From Takakia lepidozioides (lineage: Eukaryota; Plantae; Bryophyta), in assembly GCA_030704615.1 (NCBI GenBank), contig CM060733.1:12214001-12278000 (forward strand): a stretch of 64,000 nucleotides of DNA, read 5' to 3'. The notes below the pieces were generated by a model that was not told the origin of the DNA, did not search any database, and saw nothing but the letters and a program-made list of their open reading frames with translations. The translations under genes and the position numbers were made by a program. Every line of letters starts with the position of its first letter. Within the stretch, counting starts at the first letter, position 1. Shown one piece after another: positions 51,820 to 64,000 of the stretch.

Positions 51820-53075
51820 TCATAAGACGTTGTTTGCCGTAGCCTTGTGGCATTGACCCCGCGCCCAGTTTGAGCGGGAACAAAAGGAACAGAACCTACC
51901 TCTGTCAGGGGCTGACGTTGGTAGTAAGACTTACCTTCATATAAAGAATTAATCCGGGTTTTCCATATATCCTCTAGAAATCCCTTCACACAAGCATCAA
52001 TCTGTTGTGTGTGATTTGCCCAAAAACTAGGCCTCAGGAGGGCCTGGGCTTTTGGCTCAGCCTCGAGACTTTCAAAGTTGGTAAACAGGGGTACAGGCAC
52101 AATTCCCTTGATAGAATTGAAGAGAGCGTCTCTTTGGTGAGAGAACCCTGGATAGTGTATCAGAAAATGAATATTGTCTTCAGATTGCCCACACAACGGA
52201 CAATTGCACTCTCCCTTTCCTCTCTGCTTCTGTTAGCTGTTCAAAGGTAGGCTTCCTGCCCTGAGTTTAAATTTCAGTCTAGTGCCGAGAGTGGGTAGAC
52301 CCTTGAGGTCATCCAAAATGTCGTCCACCATGTCACTGACTGGAAACAAGTTCAGGGAAGTTTTCTGCCTAACTTCATTTTCATCAGACAATCTCATGGC
52401 AACAGACATGGCTTTGGACACTATAGCCTCTAAGTCAGATTTATCCAGCAGGGTCAAGACTTGGGGATCCAGGTCTAGGTCCTTGAGAATCTCTTCTACT
52501 CTCTTCTACCAGGACTTCGCCTGTTTGACAGGGCGATCCTGTTTCCAAGATATAGAGTCGATTAACTTAGGATATCTAGTCTTGGGCATATGTTACAGCT
52601 GACCCCACCATCTGACCTTGAATTCATCTCATCGGGAGCTTAAGGACGGAATGCCAAACTCACCCCGAACAGCCACATTGGCTGTTTTGGAGCATGCTGA
52701 CATACACTCCTTAAGCACCCCCACTTGAATGGATTCTACAGACTTAGCCTGGTTGGAGTTATCAACCCATATAGCAGATTCGTACTTCCATGCAGGTCTA
52801 ATAACGCCACAAAGCATGGTTTTCTAAACCTCAGAGTTGACCCCTCTGCAGTGGAAAAATTTAGTGAGCCCTAGACCTTTGCCCTTGCCAGTTTGAACAA
52901 CTTTCCGGATATGTGCATCCCAATTACAATTGGAGGAAAACTGAACGCCCAGGTAAGTGTAGGGTTTAGGGTGGACCGGGATCTCTTGGGTACCCCACTG
53001 CCACTTAAGATCACTTCCTCCCTCTCCTCTGTCGTTGAATGCTACCATTGCACATTTGCTGACATTAGCCTCTAG
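51820..53075 (-). mobile_element. 5'-truncated non-LTR retrotransposon (RTE-X/L2-like C-terminus) inserted in the start of the CACTA transposase
   Basis: ANVSKCAMVAF, YTYLGVQFSSNCNWDAHI, VIRPAWKYESAIW, NVAVRGEFG, FKLRAGSLPL and a C-terminal zinc finger CPLCGQSEDNIHFLIH. Confidence 0.8.
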
Positions 53076-56000
53076 CCCCTGTAAGGGTGGACGACCGGTC
53101 TCTATAGAGAGAGTGAGAAAACATATAATGGCCAATCATAGATCCCCTGCATTCAGATCCTGGAGAGGAGCAAGGAGGCATGCTTCTGACGATGAATGGG
53201 AAGACACGGCCGTGGTGGTTGGTGACGACGTAGCTTTAGCAAATCATCGGACACAGGGAGAATTGGACAGAAATATTGAGGTACAGCGCATGATCCAAGA
53301 GACCTTTCAGATCATAGACACACCTGAAACTGGAAATGGGGCAGAAGTGGAATTAGATGACCTAGATGTTCCCGGTGACACGAACATCCCTTCCTTAGCC
53401 CATGACCCGGTTGCGGGTGGGGACTCTCACACTGATGATCCCATCTCATTGGAAGAGGCATGTCTACCTTTGTATGAAGGCTGTAAATCCTCTAAGCTTG
53501 CATCCACCATGCTTATAATGAATCTATGCACAACACATGGGTTTACAAATGGCTTTGCGGATGAAATGTTCTCTTTGCTGCAGAAAACCTTGTTGCCACA
53601 ACCAAACGTACTACCCACATCTTTCTACCATGCAAAGACCATGGTGAGCAAGCTTGGGCTTGCTTATGAGAAGATCGATGCTTGCCCAAAGGGGTGTGTG
53701 TTGTTTAGGGGGGACTTGAAAATTTCAGAGAGTTGCCCCAAGTGTCAAAGCGCCCGATTCAAAAATGTGGGGAGATCCAAGGTACCTGTTAAGGTGCTTC
53801 GCCATTTTCCATTGATACCACGCCTTTTGCGGATGTATAGATGTTCTTCTATTGTAGAATTAATGACATGACACAGTCGGAATGCATGCAACGATGGCCT
53901 TGTGCGCCATGCAGCTGATTCAAAGGCTTGGAAACACATTGATGCTACTTGGCCCGACTTTGCAGCAGAGCCTCACAATGTAAGGCTTGGTTTTTCCTTC
54001 GATGGAGTCAACCCGTTTGGTGATAAGAACAATTGCTGGTCAACATGGTCAGTGTTGACGCTGGTATACAACCTATCTCCCTAGCTTACTACAAAGAAGT
54101 TCTTTATCATGCTTACTCTCTTGATTCCAGGAAAGCAGTCAGTTACAAGTGAACACATAGATGTGTACTTAGCACCACTGATGGAGGAGTTACTTGTTTT
54201 GTGGAGGGGGGTTCGGGCATATGACATATGCAAACCTGTTGGTGAGAGAACCTTCATACTACGCGCCATACTATTGTGGAGCATCCACGATTTTCCTGCT
54301 TATGGCCTACTTGCAGGATGTGTCACAAAATGCTACAAAGGGTGTCCAGTATGCGGTCCTCATGTAGATGCAAGACACTCAAATTTTTTGGGCAAAACTG
54401 TCTACCAAGGTCACCGCGGGTTCCTCCCTCAGGCCTATCCATACCGCAGGAACCGCATACACTTCAATGGACAGGTGGAGATGCGTGCGAAGCCACATCC
54501 GTTCACACCGGTTGAACAAGAGGCCGCTGGTGTTGAGGCTGAAGGTTATGACCTTGACCCCCGTGCTTTTCCTTATGCTGAAGTTCACCCAGCCAAGGTT
54601 CATGGTATCAAAAGGCGCAGCTGCCTATGGGATTTACCATACTGGAAGGTACCCCCTGCACTTGTACTTGTTTGAGTTCAATGTTCTTTGTAAATGGAAA
54701 AGGTAGTGCCTCTGTAGTGGTTACTTCTTACTTTCCGAGTGGTAAGTAGCAGTATTACATGTAATTTGGACTTCACATTAATAACTCGTGGAGTGGTAAA
54801 AGGTAGTATCCATGATGCTCAGGAAGTTGTTGACATCACTTGAGAGGCTAATAATGCACTAAAGGAGTTGTTTGAACCACTGAGGAGGGACTGTCATGCA
54901 TCACAGCCACTTTAGACATTGAAGTATATAGTGCTCATAAAGGAATCTGATTTGTATAGGACTGCAATCTGTCGGAATGTTCCTGAAATGGTGTCACCAA
55001 TTGCAGGATCTGTTGCAACGCTACTTACTGGATCCCATGCATTGCGAAAAGAATTTTTGTGAAAACTTGTTGAAGACAATTTTCGGACGGAATGACACGA
55101 TGAAGGTGAGGAACGACATGGAGGTAATCGGCATCAGACGTCACTTGTGGCTTCGGCCTGATCCACAGAACCTTCACGTATCATGAAACCAGCAGCACCA
55201 TATGTTCTCACTCCCGCTGAAATCACGATATTTCTTGATACTTTGGGGGCTATCAAAACTCCTTCGGGATTTGCAGGTGCATTTCAGAAACACATACACC
55301 CGTATAGGAAACATTTGACGAGTATGAAGTCCCATGATTATCACGTTTTAATGCAACAGATTTTACCTGTGTGTATTCGCCATTGCATGGCGGGGGGCCC
55401 ACGTGGGGTCATTATGCGTGTGAGTCGCATTTTCCGCCGGATTTGTGCCAAAGTATGGGACCCTAATGAAATAGACTCATTGCGTGAGGATGTTGCTACC
55501 TTGTGTCTGTTAGAGAAAGAGTTCCCCCCTTCTTTTTTTGATGTCATGACCTGCTAGTTCATCTCGTAGATGAACTAGACACATGTGGTCCGGTGTCTTC
55601 ACGGTGGATGTATCCCATGGAGCGTTACATGAAAGATCTCAAGGGATACGTTAGGAATTACGCAAAGCCAGAAGGGAGTATGGCTACAGGGTATGTTCTT
55701 GATGAGGCCATGGGGTTCATGAGTGAGTTTATGCAATCATTTGATGCAACTCAACGGCAGATTTGGGATGCAAATGCAGAGGAAGGGGTTGAGAACATAG
55801 GCTGTAGCATGCCAAACCAGGAGCAGTCGGGTTGAATTCGGGGCTGCAGGCAGCAGCCACTTCAAGGCGCCATAACTTACATGTCTCCTCAACCCATATC
55901 CCCAAGTGCATGCTCAAGAAATTTTAAAGTAAGTGAGGATCCTCACCTGGTCCCATCACAAGCCCCCACAAAATCAACAGATTAGTGAGGATTGTGGAAC

Positions 56001-57687
56001 TCCAGGTGAATCACAAACCCTCATACTTGTCATCGATGTCAACTAAGAATCTGAAAAGCAAGAGAAGAAGATAAGAACACAAGGATCCCTAAACTCCAAA
56101 TGCATCTTAAGCGATTGGGGAAGAGGGTTATGCGCCATCACCACCCGCGGCAAGTCGCCTCCACAAAGCACATGAGCAATGAAGCAAACAAGCAAACTCG
56201 CAAGGCAATAGAAGGGAGGGAGAGAGACTTCCTAGCACAAATGCCACTGCTAAAATTAAAAGCCAGAGGAGGGAATATGCCACTGCATTCACAACAGTGT
56301 TTCCCGCTGCTAGAGAGACAAGGCGCCGCCTTCGCACATCCCCAGGCGCTCGCCCAACACGGGTACGACACCACACGAGGTCTTGGAAAGTGTCGGCAAA
56401 AAACGGGACATGAGTGGAGCTGAGAGAGATGCAGCACATTTGTATGTGCTGAACAATACCAATGTGATGGTTCATTGGGTGCAGTGAGTTCTTCTTTTCA
56501 TTGCATCTTATTCATATCAAGTTCAAATGCAATTGTGACTGTCACCAGTGTAATAGAACCACCCACAAAGTCACAAATGTCAGTGGTTCATCATAATGAT
56601 AACCACTTCTGTAGTAACTGAATGTCTAAGTGAGTGACTTTTTGGAAGAGCATGTTCATTTATAAGTCATTATGCTCACTCATCCAGTGGTTTTCAAAGT
56701 ATCATTCATGCTAGGTATTTTTTGCAAAGTAATGCAACACTTCATTGCTAACATGTATCATTCTTGTTGCCATTTTGTGATAGAAAGTATGCAACAGAGA
56801 AGGCACAGTTCACTGCAGACAGAGAGGCATGTGCTCGTGAGTGGCGTGCCAATCGTCGACATCACCGCCGCCTTCCAGTGCCATACCCTCCCCATTTGTT
56901 GGAGTTTCCACCCCTACCGGTATGGATATGCCATGCAGTCCAGGCCCATGTCTCTGAGTATGGTGTTGAAGATACGGATGTAATTCATTTGTCTACTCCC
57001 CCCTCATTGAGATCAGCTTCATTTCGTGGCATGAAGGCGTATGGAAATCATTATCGAGTGGATGACACGGAGAGTCGTCTTCTTGTCTCTTTTGATTCTG
57101 GAGTTGCATCCGTCTTCTAGCAACAGAGCAGAAAATAGTGTGCGTGATAGAAATCCAGTCATGTCACCATTAGAGTACGTTGGGGTCATCAAAGAGATCT
57201 TCAAATTGGATTACGGACGAGTGCACCCCATTGTATTTCGTTGTGCCTGGGTGAGGGCCAACCTCGTTGGACAAAATGCTACAATGAAGCAGGATTCGTA
57301 TGGTTTCTACTTGCAAATTTTGGGAGGATGTTATCCGCCAATGATCAGCCGTTCATCTTTCCATCTCAAGTTGAACAGGTGTTCTTTTCGGATGAGTCCC
57401 CAAGTTCGGAGTGGAAGGTAGTCCTTCGGAAGGATCCAAGAGCAAAAAGGATTGTGGCGGACATAGATCAATGTGACATTGGCGAAAATGCAGATTTCGA
57501 TGGCCTTCAGGCACCGTCCACCTTATCAGATCAGCCAATACCTAGGTCATTAGATGGTGCCACGGCTCTAAATAAAGAAGACCTGGCTATGTTGGCTAGC
57601 ATTCAAGCGGCGTTTGTGCAACCAACCGCTATTCCAGTTGAGCAAAGTGATTCAGAGGGTGACGAATATGTTTCAGATTCAGAATAA
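53076..57687 (+). pseudogene. CACTA TnpD/Tnp2 transposase (Transposase_21 plus downstream conserved domains), with introns; disrupted
   Basis: KIDACPKGCVLF, LRHFPLIPRL, RHAADSKAWKHID, NVRLGFSFDGVNPF, SIHDFPAYG, DPMHCEKN, MKSHDYH, RWMYPMERYM, PFIFPSQVEQVFF. First codons (MRGTKGEIV) lie at 51792-51819, before the LINE. Confidence 0.93.
55794..56410 (-). mobile_element. ~620-bp insertion (LTR-like fragment) in the CACTA transposase
   Basis: Transposase frame DANAEEGVE stops at ~55793 and resumes SGAERDAAHLYVLNNT at 56411; the insert begins TGTCCCG on the - strand. Confidence 0.55.
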
Positions 57688-58469
57688 AGTTTATTGTTGG
57701 AACCATTTGTTCAATAGCATCATGCCACAATGATCTGGCCACTTGTCTGTTTTTCAAAGTCTGTCATAGTTGCACAAACCACTTAAAATTTTTCATGTAT
57801 CTGTAGGCAAGCACTCATGAGCAACCTTCTAGTGGTTCCAATTACTGCAGTATCTTTCACCACCCACTCTCCACCACTATCAAAGTGGTACAAATCAATG
57901 AGGTGTCTTTAACCACTCAAGATCAACGTGCAGCACTGTCCCCGTCCACGTGGAATATTATATTTATGAATTAATACATATTTCCAAATCATAAATCACA
58001 AATAAAATTTGAATTATTACACGTGGAGTAGCAAGTGGTTTCAACCACTTCCCATCACTGAGGTGTCTATAACCATTCACAATGTACCACTGCACTCGTC
58101 CATGTGGAATATTATATTATATTAATTAAAATGTATTACCAAATAAATAAATAAAAATAAAAACAATTTATTACACGTGGACTACTGAGTGGTTGAAACC
58201 ACTTCCAACCACTGTCTGTGATGTCACCGTGGCATTTCATTGGGATTAATCACTGGCAAGTGGTTACTAGTGGTTTATAGAGTGGAAAAAGACAGTAGTG
58301 GTTAAAGGGCCAGTGGTTATTCCACGTTTTTCTTCTAGTGTTGAGACTGGGATTGAAAATTGGCGAGTTTCTTTGTTTGGTTGGCTTGGGGTACACATAT
58401 TGCCCTCAAGTCACTGCTATACCGTCACAGTGGACCTTGTTCGACCTTGCCAATAGGACCTTTGAAAAT

Positions 58470-60180
58470 ATGTGTGATTTGTCTGCTGAGGATTCCGATA
58501 GTGGCACCTATAATATTTCAAACATGGATTTTGACCCGGATGAAGATATGAGGGACTATCCGGATGCTCATCTTGATCCTGACCTGTGGGACTTCTGTGT
58601 GGATACTGGGAATGCTACCCAGCAGCTTGGCCTCTATGATTTGTCGGAATCTTGGCAGGAGTGGCCACCTAAACTAAAATTTGCAGATGATATGTGAAAT
58701 TCAATTAAGTCTTAGTTGCCAGAGGTATGTAGTAGTGGGGGTGAGCAAGGGCCTAACATTCCTTTTGATGATACAAATTCACCTGAGGATTTCTTCAATT
58801 TATTCTTATCTCCATAATGCGGAACCCGGTTTGTAGCATGACAAATTTGTATGCCCAAACCTTGGACCATAGAGGCCAGATAAAAAGAGGGAAGTGGTGG
58901 TATCCTGTCAGTGTTCCTGAATTGAAAGCTTGGTTGGCAGTTCGCATTCTCATGGGAATTAAAAAATTGCCTAACACTAGATTGTATTGAAAGGCCAGTG
59001 CTGACATTTTCAGATGTCCTTTGATTGTAAAGATCATGATCAATAGGCATAGATGGGAAGCCATTCTCAGATGTCTGCATTTGGTAGACAAGCGCGGTAC
59101 GGTGGAGGTGGATAAGGGGGCCCCTTATACTTATGATAAGATTGTCAAAACCGGATGGCTGTTAGAGCAGCAAAATGACTTGTACATGCACAGTATTAGA
59201 AACCAGATCAGAACTTGTGTGTGGACGAGATGATGGTGAAGTACAAAGGGAAATACTCCAACCTCAAGCAATATATGAGCAAAAAAATATGTCAAGTGGG
59301 GTATAAAATGTTAATGGTGCTTGGCTGGTGGGAATAGCAGATGTGCACAGAATGGAAGTTTATCTTGGGAAGGATGACTCCCTTGATTTGAGCAATGAGC
59401 AAGGATACTCAGTAGTGACCAAACTCTAGAAAGTCTTTAAGGGGAAAAGACACATTCTTACAATGGACAACTTATTTTCCAACCCAAAACTTTTCCTAGA
59501 TTTTGGTGGACAAACAAATCTATGCTACTGGGACTGTGAAGACTAACTGTATTAGCTCTCCATCATGTCTGGACTTGGGGAAGAATGGAGAGAGGGGGTC
59601 CATGGAGTACCGCATGCACATATTCAACCAATTGGTTGCATTGGCATGGGTTGACAAGAAGTGTATCACTTTGTTGAGTACCACTTTCAGTCCCGTAGGT
59701 CAGAATTATTTTGTTGAGAGGTGGCACAATGGCAGACGCAGACCTGTTCCTACCTCCCCTATTCTGAATATATGAGAGGGGTTGATGTGCACGATCAATT
59801 GAGAGGCTATTACAATGTCAAAACCCGGGACCATAAGTAGTGGCACCGGCTCAATTTTCATAGCTGTGTGGATACCTCTTTGGTCAATGGTTACTTGTTG
59901 TATGTGGCTTTCATAAAAGGCAGGGGCAAGAAGCCACGATCTCACTGCATGCACTTCAATCTTGTTGTGGCGAATGGCCTGACTGCCGAGTGGGTTGATC
60001 CCAAGAGAACAGTGGTGGGAGGGCAGATCGATGTTCCAAACCAGCGTGCCATTCACTTCTCCCAAAAATCATCTAGAAGGAGGAAGTGTGTGCAATGTGG
60101 TATCCGCCAGAGGTACTTTTGTGCCACTTATAGAGATGTGCCTATGTATTTGGAAACCTGTTATGTCAACCATCACATGA
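58470..60180 (+). pseudogene. piggyBac-family (PGBD-like) DDD transposase, decayed
   Basis: Acidic N-terminus; PEDFFNLF; ELKAWL..RILMGIKKLP; RWEAILRCLHL; catalytic-region motifs CVDEMMVKYKG, TMDNLFSNP and YMRGVDVHDQL; YATGTVK; AWVDKK; C-terminal Cys-rich RKCVQC...YFCAT...CYVNHH. Confidence 0.9.
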
Positions 60181-60824
60181 GTCCCGGTGTGAGTGCATAT
60201 GAGTTTCCCATTTTGTGTGTTTATCCTCATATTTTTTGTTTGTGTCAATGGTTGCAGTGACATGGAGGAAGTGCCTGCCTTGTGGCTATCATACATAGTG
60301 GTGGTGCTCAGTCTTATTTTCAATAGCATAGTATGCATGCTTGTCTTTGGGTGCATATATGCTAGGATTAGCTCTGAAACACCTATACTAATTGAGTCTT
60401 GGCTAGAGAGAGAGACATCCAAAGTTCAGATTGAGTCTTGGCTAGCTGGAGTATCATTTAGAAGTCCTTAGATTGATGTGATTGTCAACCTGATGTTGTT
60501 GATGCAGGGCTGGTGGCGAAGGTAAATTTTTGAGTGCCCAGGCCTGATATGCTCTTAGTGCCATTAGGTAGAGTTTAGTACTTACTAGTGCTTAGTGGTG
60601 GTCTGCCCAATTTTGCTGCACCAAGTGCCAATTTTGTAGAATCCTGCAATGCTAGAATTTTGGTAGATTTAGCTAGTTTTGCCTATGGGACTTGTGTGCA
60701 TTAGGTGCATTGAGGGTAGGACATATTAGCATTTAGATACAGTGTCTTTGTTTTGCATGTAGGAGAGGAGTGTTGTAGCGTAGTCCCCTTGCCAAGCGGG
60801 GTGTACATATTAAGGGGGGGGGGA

Positions 60825-63800
60825 TGTCGCGGCCCTTTGCCTTGAGGGCAGGGGTCGGGACACAGGAGGGGCTGCCCCTGTGGTGGGGGCAGTAGCAACG
60901 ATAGGTACAGGGGCTGAAGCACCCTTGAGTGCCCAAGGCACTCAAGGAGGCGGAGGCGCTCACTAGGTGGAGCCCGCACACCGGGTTGTGGTGGGTGGCT
61001 CCACAAGGGGTGGTGGTAGCTTAGCGGGACTTAGTGGGGGTGGCATAGGACTCACCATGGGGTGGAGACCTCGAGGTGGGAGTCGTGGGGAGTCTTGGGA
61101 CTCATCACGGTCCATTGGAGCCGCAGTGAGTGGGCCAAGACTCACCGCGACTCACCACCGGGAATCGAGGGTCTTCGTGGTGGTTCACCATAAAATGGCA
61201 TGGCTGTTTGTGGAACCCCCGCGGACAGCTACAGAAGTATATATAGGGAGTAGTAACCCCGAGAACGGTGCAAGCCCGTTGGTGACCAAAAACTAGTGAA
61301 TAAGCGAGCGAGCCGGAAAGCGACCAAAGAGCGGGGAGCTGTTCCGGACTGCCAACTACCAAAGGGAATTCCCGCTGGTTCCAAATCGGTGGAGGGTTCT
61401 TCAGGAGAACAAAGGGGGACCGTTATGCCCTGGTGAGCAGCCGAAGCTCCAAGTTGGCCCGGCGGCCAGGTTGGGAGTTAGGCGCGCGCATCAAAGCGAG
61501 TAACTATGACTTGAGGGGGAGCTTATCAAAGTGAGGTGCGCGACACTTGGTATCAGAGCTTAGAGTTCAGTACGCGATCGTCCTTGGGATTGGCCTCATC
61601 ATGGGGTCGGGCAAGCCAAAGCGAAAGCGGAACGGCCCAAAAGATGATGACCCTGGTGAGCCCGATGGGGGCGACGTGTCACCGAGGCGGCCGTTTGAGG
61701 AAGTGATGCATGCTTCTGAAAATGAGGCCGCGCAAGAGCGGGAGGAATCTGAGGAGTCGGAGCCCGAGGAATCCTTGAGAGCTCCAACAAACCAACAGAT
61801 GCCTCCCATGCCGGCAGCCTTTTGGGAAGGGTTGCTGGCGCAGTTTGGCGGGACATTGAAAGACGTGTTGAAGGCGGCTAATGCCACTTCCACTAAGGCG
61901 AAGTTTAAGGTGAAGCCTAAGGAACCCGGCACCTTCGAGGGCGTCCGAAATCGGAAGGCACTCAACACCTGGCTCCTGGAGCTAGAGCAGTACTTCCGTG
62001 CGGCCAAGTTGAGTGACGAGGATCAGGTGGAAGTGGCTCCCACCTATTTGAGGGGCTATGCTCAACAATGGTGGTAAAAACGCCTTCACGACCGAGGTCC
62101 AAGCCCGGAAACCTTGAACTGGAGTGGGTTCAAGGAATTAATGAAGAGACAGTTTGTGCCCCTCAACGCGTCCTGGATCGCCCGAGACAAGATGAGGAAT
62201 TTGAAGCAAACAGATGACATTCGGGGATATGTCCAGGCTTTCAATGTGCTGTTGCTCGAAGTCGTGGATATGGCAGAACCAGAAATGGTCTTCAACTTTG
62301 TGGCGGGACTGGCCCCATGGACCAGGCGGAAGTTGGAGGAAGCCACCCAAGACTTTGAACGAGGCCATTGAGAGGGCTGAATGTTTCTCGGATGTCCCTA
62401 GGGGCGACAGACAAGGCCGTACGGAGCTGAACCACAAGAAGACCCGGCGGGAAGGTGACTCCTTCCGACTGGAAAAGAAGTGGGATAGGCCACGCGGCGA
62501 CAATGGCACGTGGAAATCGAAGGGAGGGCCTTCACACGTCAAGGCGGCACCTGGTGCTCCGAAAGGAAAAATAGGTGCAGCGCCTTATGGCGGACAGAAG
62601 GCGACATTCGATGGAGTGTGTTTCAATTGCGGGGAGCCCGGGCACATGGCCAAGAAGTGCACGAAACCCCGACAATTGAACATGACTCGGGCGACCACGG
62701 AGCTGTTGGAAGATACCATCAGTTGCTTAGTGGAAGCGGTGGTCGCGAGGACTCGCAAGGTAGGCAAATTTTCTTGTGAGTTGTATCAGGAAACGGGCGC
62801 CTTACGTAAAGGGAGTCAGTTACTGTTCGTGGATGGGATAATATCCGGAACTAACGTGTCATTGTTGGTGGACACATGAGCGTCGCACTCCTTCATGACA
62901 CCGGCAACGGCACAAAAGCTGGGACTTCCGACAAGTGACGTGGGGGCCTCCATTGAGGTGCGTTCTGCCAAAGGAGAACCGCAATTGGCGACGAGGTTGG
63001 CATTCGATGTCCCTCTTCAACTGGGGAGTTGGGAAGGACGTGAGAACTTCACCATCTGCGAGATCGATGGAGTGGATCTCATTTTGGGGATGACCTTTTT
63101 GAGCAAATCCGGAGCGGTCATAGATGGCCGCAAGAGAGTAGTCACGCTGCCATGTGGGAATGGTGGCGAGGTCTTACGAGTGTCGGAAACGCCCAAACCC
63201 GTGGGAGGGCGAATAAACCTTCTGTCAGCAAGGGAGTGGGCCGTGGAGGAGGCACACGAGCCCCAGTTTTTGCTTTACATTAGAGAAGTGAAGGGAGAAG
63301 GCGATGGGAGCCGAGCCCAGATTGGATCAAGGGGATTTTGGAGAAATACCAGGATGTGATGCCGAAGGATTTACCAAGCGGCTTGCCACCGCGAAGAGGA
63401 GTTGACCACAAGATTGAGGTGATACCGGGATCGGAACCGCCTGCCAAGGCGCCCTACCGGTTGAGCCACAGAGAGTTGGTCGAGCTGAAGACTCAGCTCA
63501 AGGATCTAATGTCAAAGGGGTACATCCGGCCGAGTAAGTCACCTTACGGAGCCCCGGTGCTATTCGCAGACAAGAAGGATGGGACGTTGCGGATGTGTGT
63601 CGATTACAGGGCTTTGAATAAGGTGACTATCAAAAACCGGTACCCTTTGCCAAGGATCGACGACCTTTTCGACCGGTTGGCAGGAGCGAAGTATTTCAGC
63701 CGGATCGATTTGCGCTCCGGCTATCATCAAATTCGGGTGGCGGAAGGAGATGAGGAGAAGACCGCGTGCAGGACAAGGTATGGTTCATATGAGTTCTTAG

Positions 63801-64000
63801 TGATGTCTTTTGGGCTCACCAATGCACCCGCAACCTTTAGCACGCTAATGAACAGCCTCTTCCAGGAGTGGTTGGATGACTTTGTGATCGTGTACATCGA
63901 CGACATCTTGGTGTATTCGAAAACAAAGGAGGAGCACATGGAGCACCTCAAAAGGGTGTTCCAGAAATTGCGGGAAGGGAAGCTGTATGCCAAAGCTTCA
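60825..64000 (+). mobile_element. Family-A chromovirus copy: 5' LTR (60825-61545), iMet PBS (61548-61559), gag, protease, RT; runs off the window
   Basis: TGTCGCG...CGCGACA LTR; TGGTATCAGAGC; CFNCGEPGHMAKKC; LLVDT*ASHSF; [10 protein letters not shown]; YIDD near 63893; premature stops near 62075 and 62878. Confidence 0.95.

Larger units (their letters stand above)
49100..58340. mobile_element. CACTA (En/Spm) element with decayed transposase genes; left end not found
   Basis: Right TIR ...CGTTTTTCTTCTAGTG ending at 58340; ACCAC/GTGGT subterminal repeats 57780-58320; TnpD-like and TnpA-like genes inside. Confidence 0.8.

Overview
Eukaryotic, transposon-dense plant genomic DNA. A bryophyte-like or other seed-free host is inferred from PLS-type PPR relics, spliceosomal introns and the element families. 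Only two host genes look intact: the exon-junction-complex gene Y14/RBM8A (6855-8218, -) and an HMA-domain copper-chaperone-like gene (39586-41232, -). The rest is nested, mostly decayed mobile DNA: pieces of one chromovirus-type Ty3/gypsy family ('family A'), a second gypsy element with a tRNA-Ala PBS, two CACTA elements (one non-autonomous and carrying PPR gene fragments), a piggyBac transposase relic, LINE and copia fragments, MITEs and a 20-bp minisatellite. The standout is a Ty3/gypsy retrotransposon (~16110-22770, -) whose pol encodes a DNMT3-like C5 cytosine methyltransferase between the protease and the reverse transcriptase. A separate gypsy fragment at the window start ends its integrase with a PHD finger. 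The sequence also records a ~25-kb inversion that split one family-A insertion (matching GTTTT TSD at both ends), apparently through a circularly permuted LTR copy, and a ~0.7-kb inversion inside the gag of the methyltransferase element. All calls are from manual reading of the sequence; no database searches were run.
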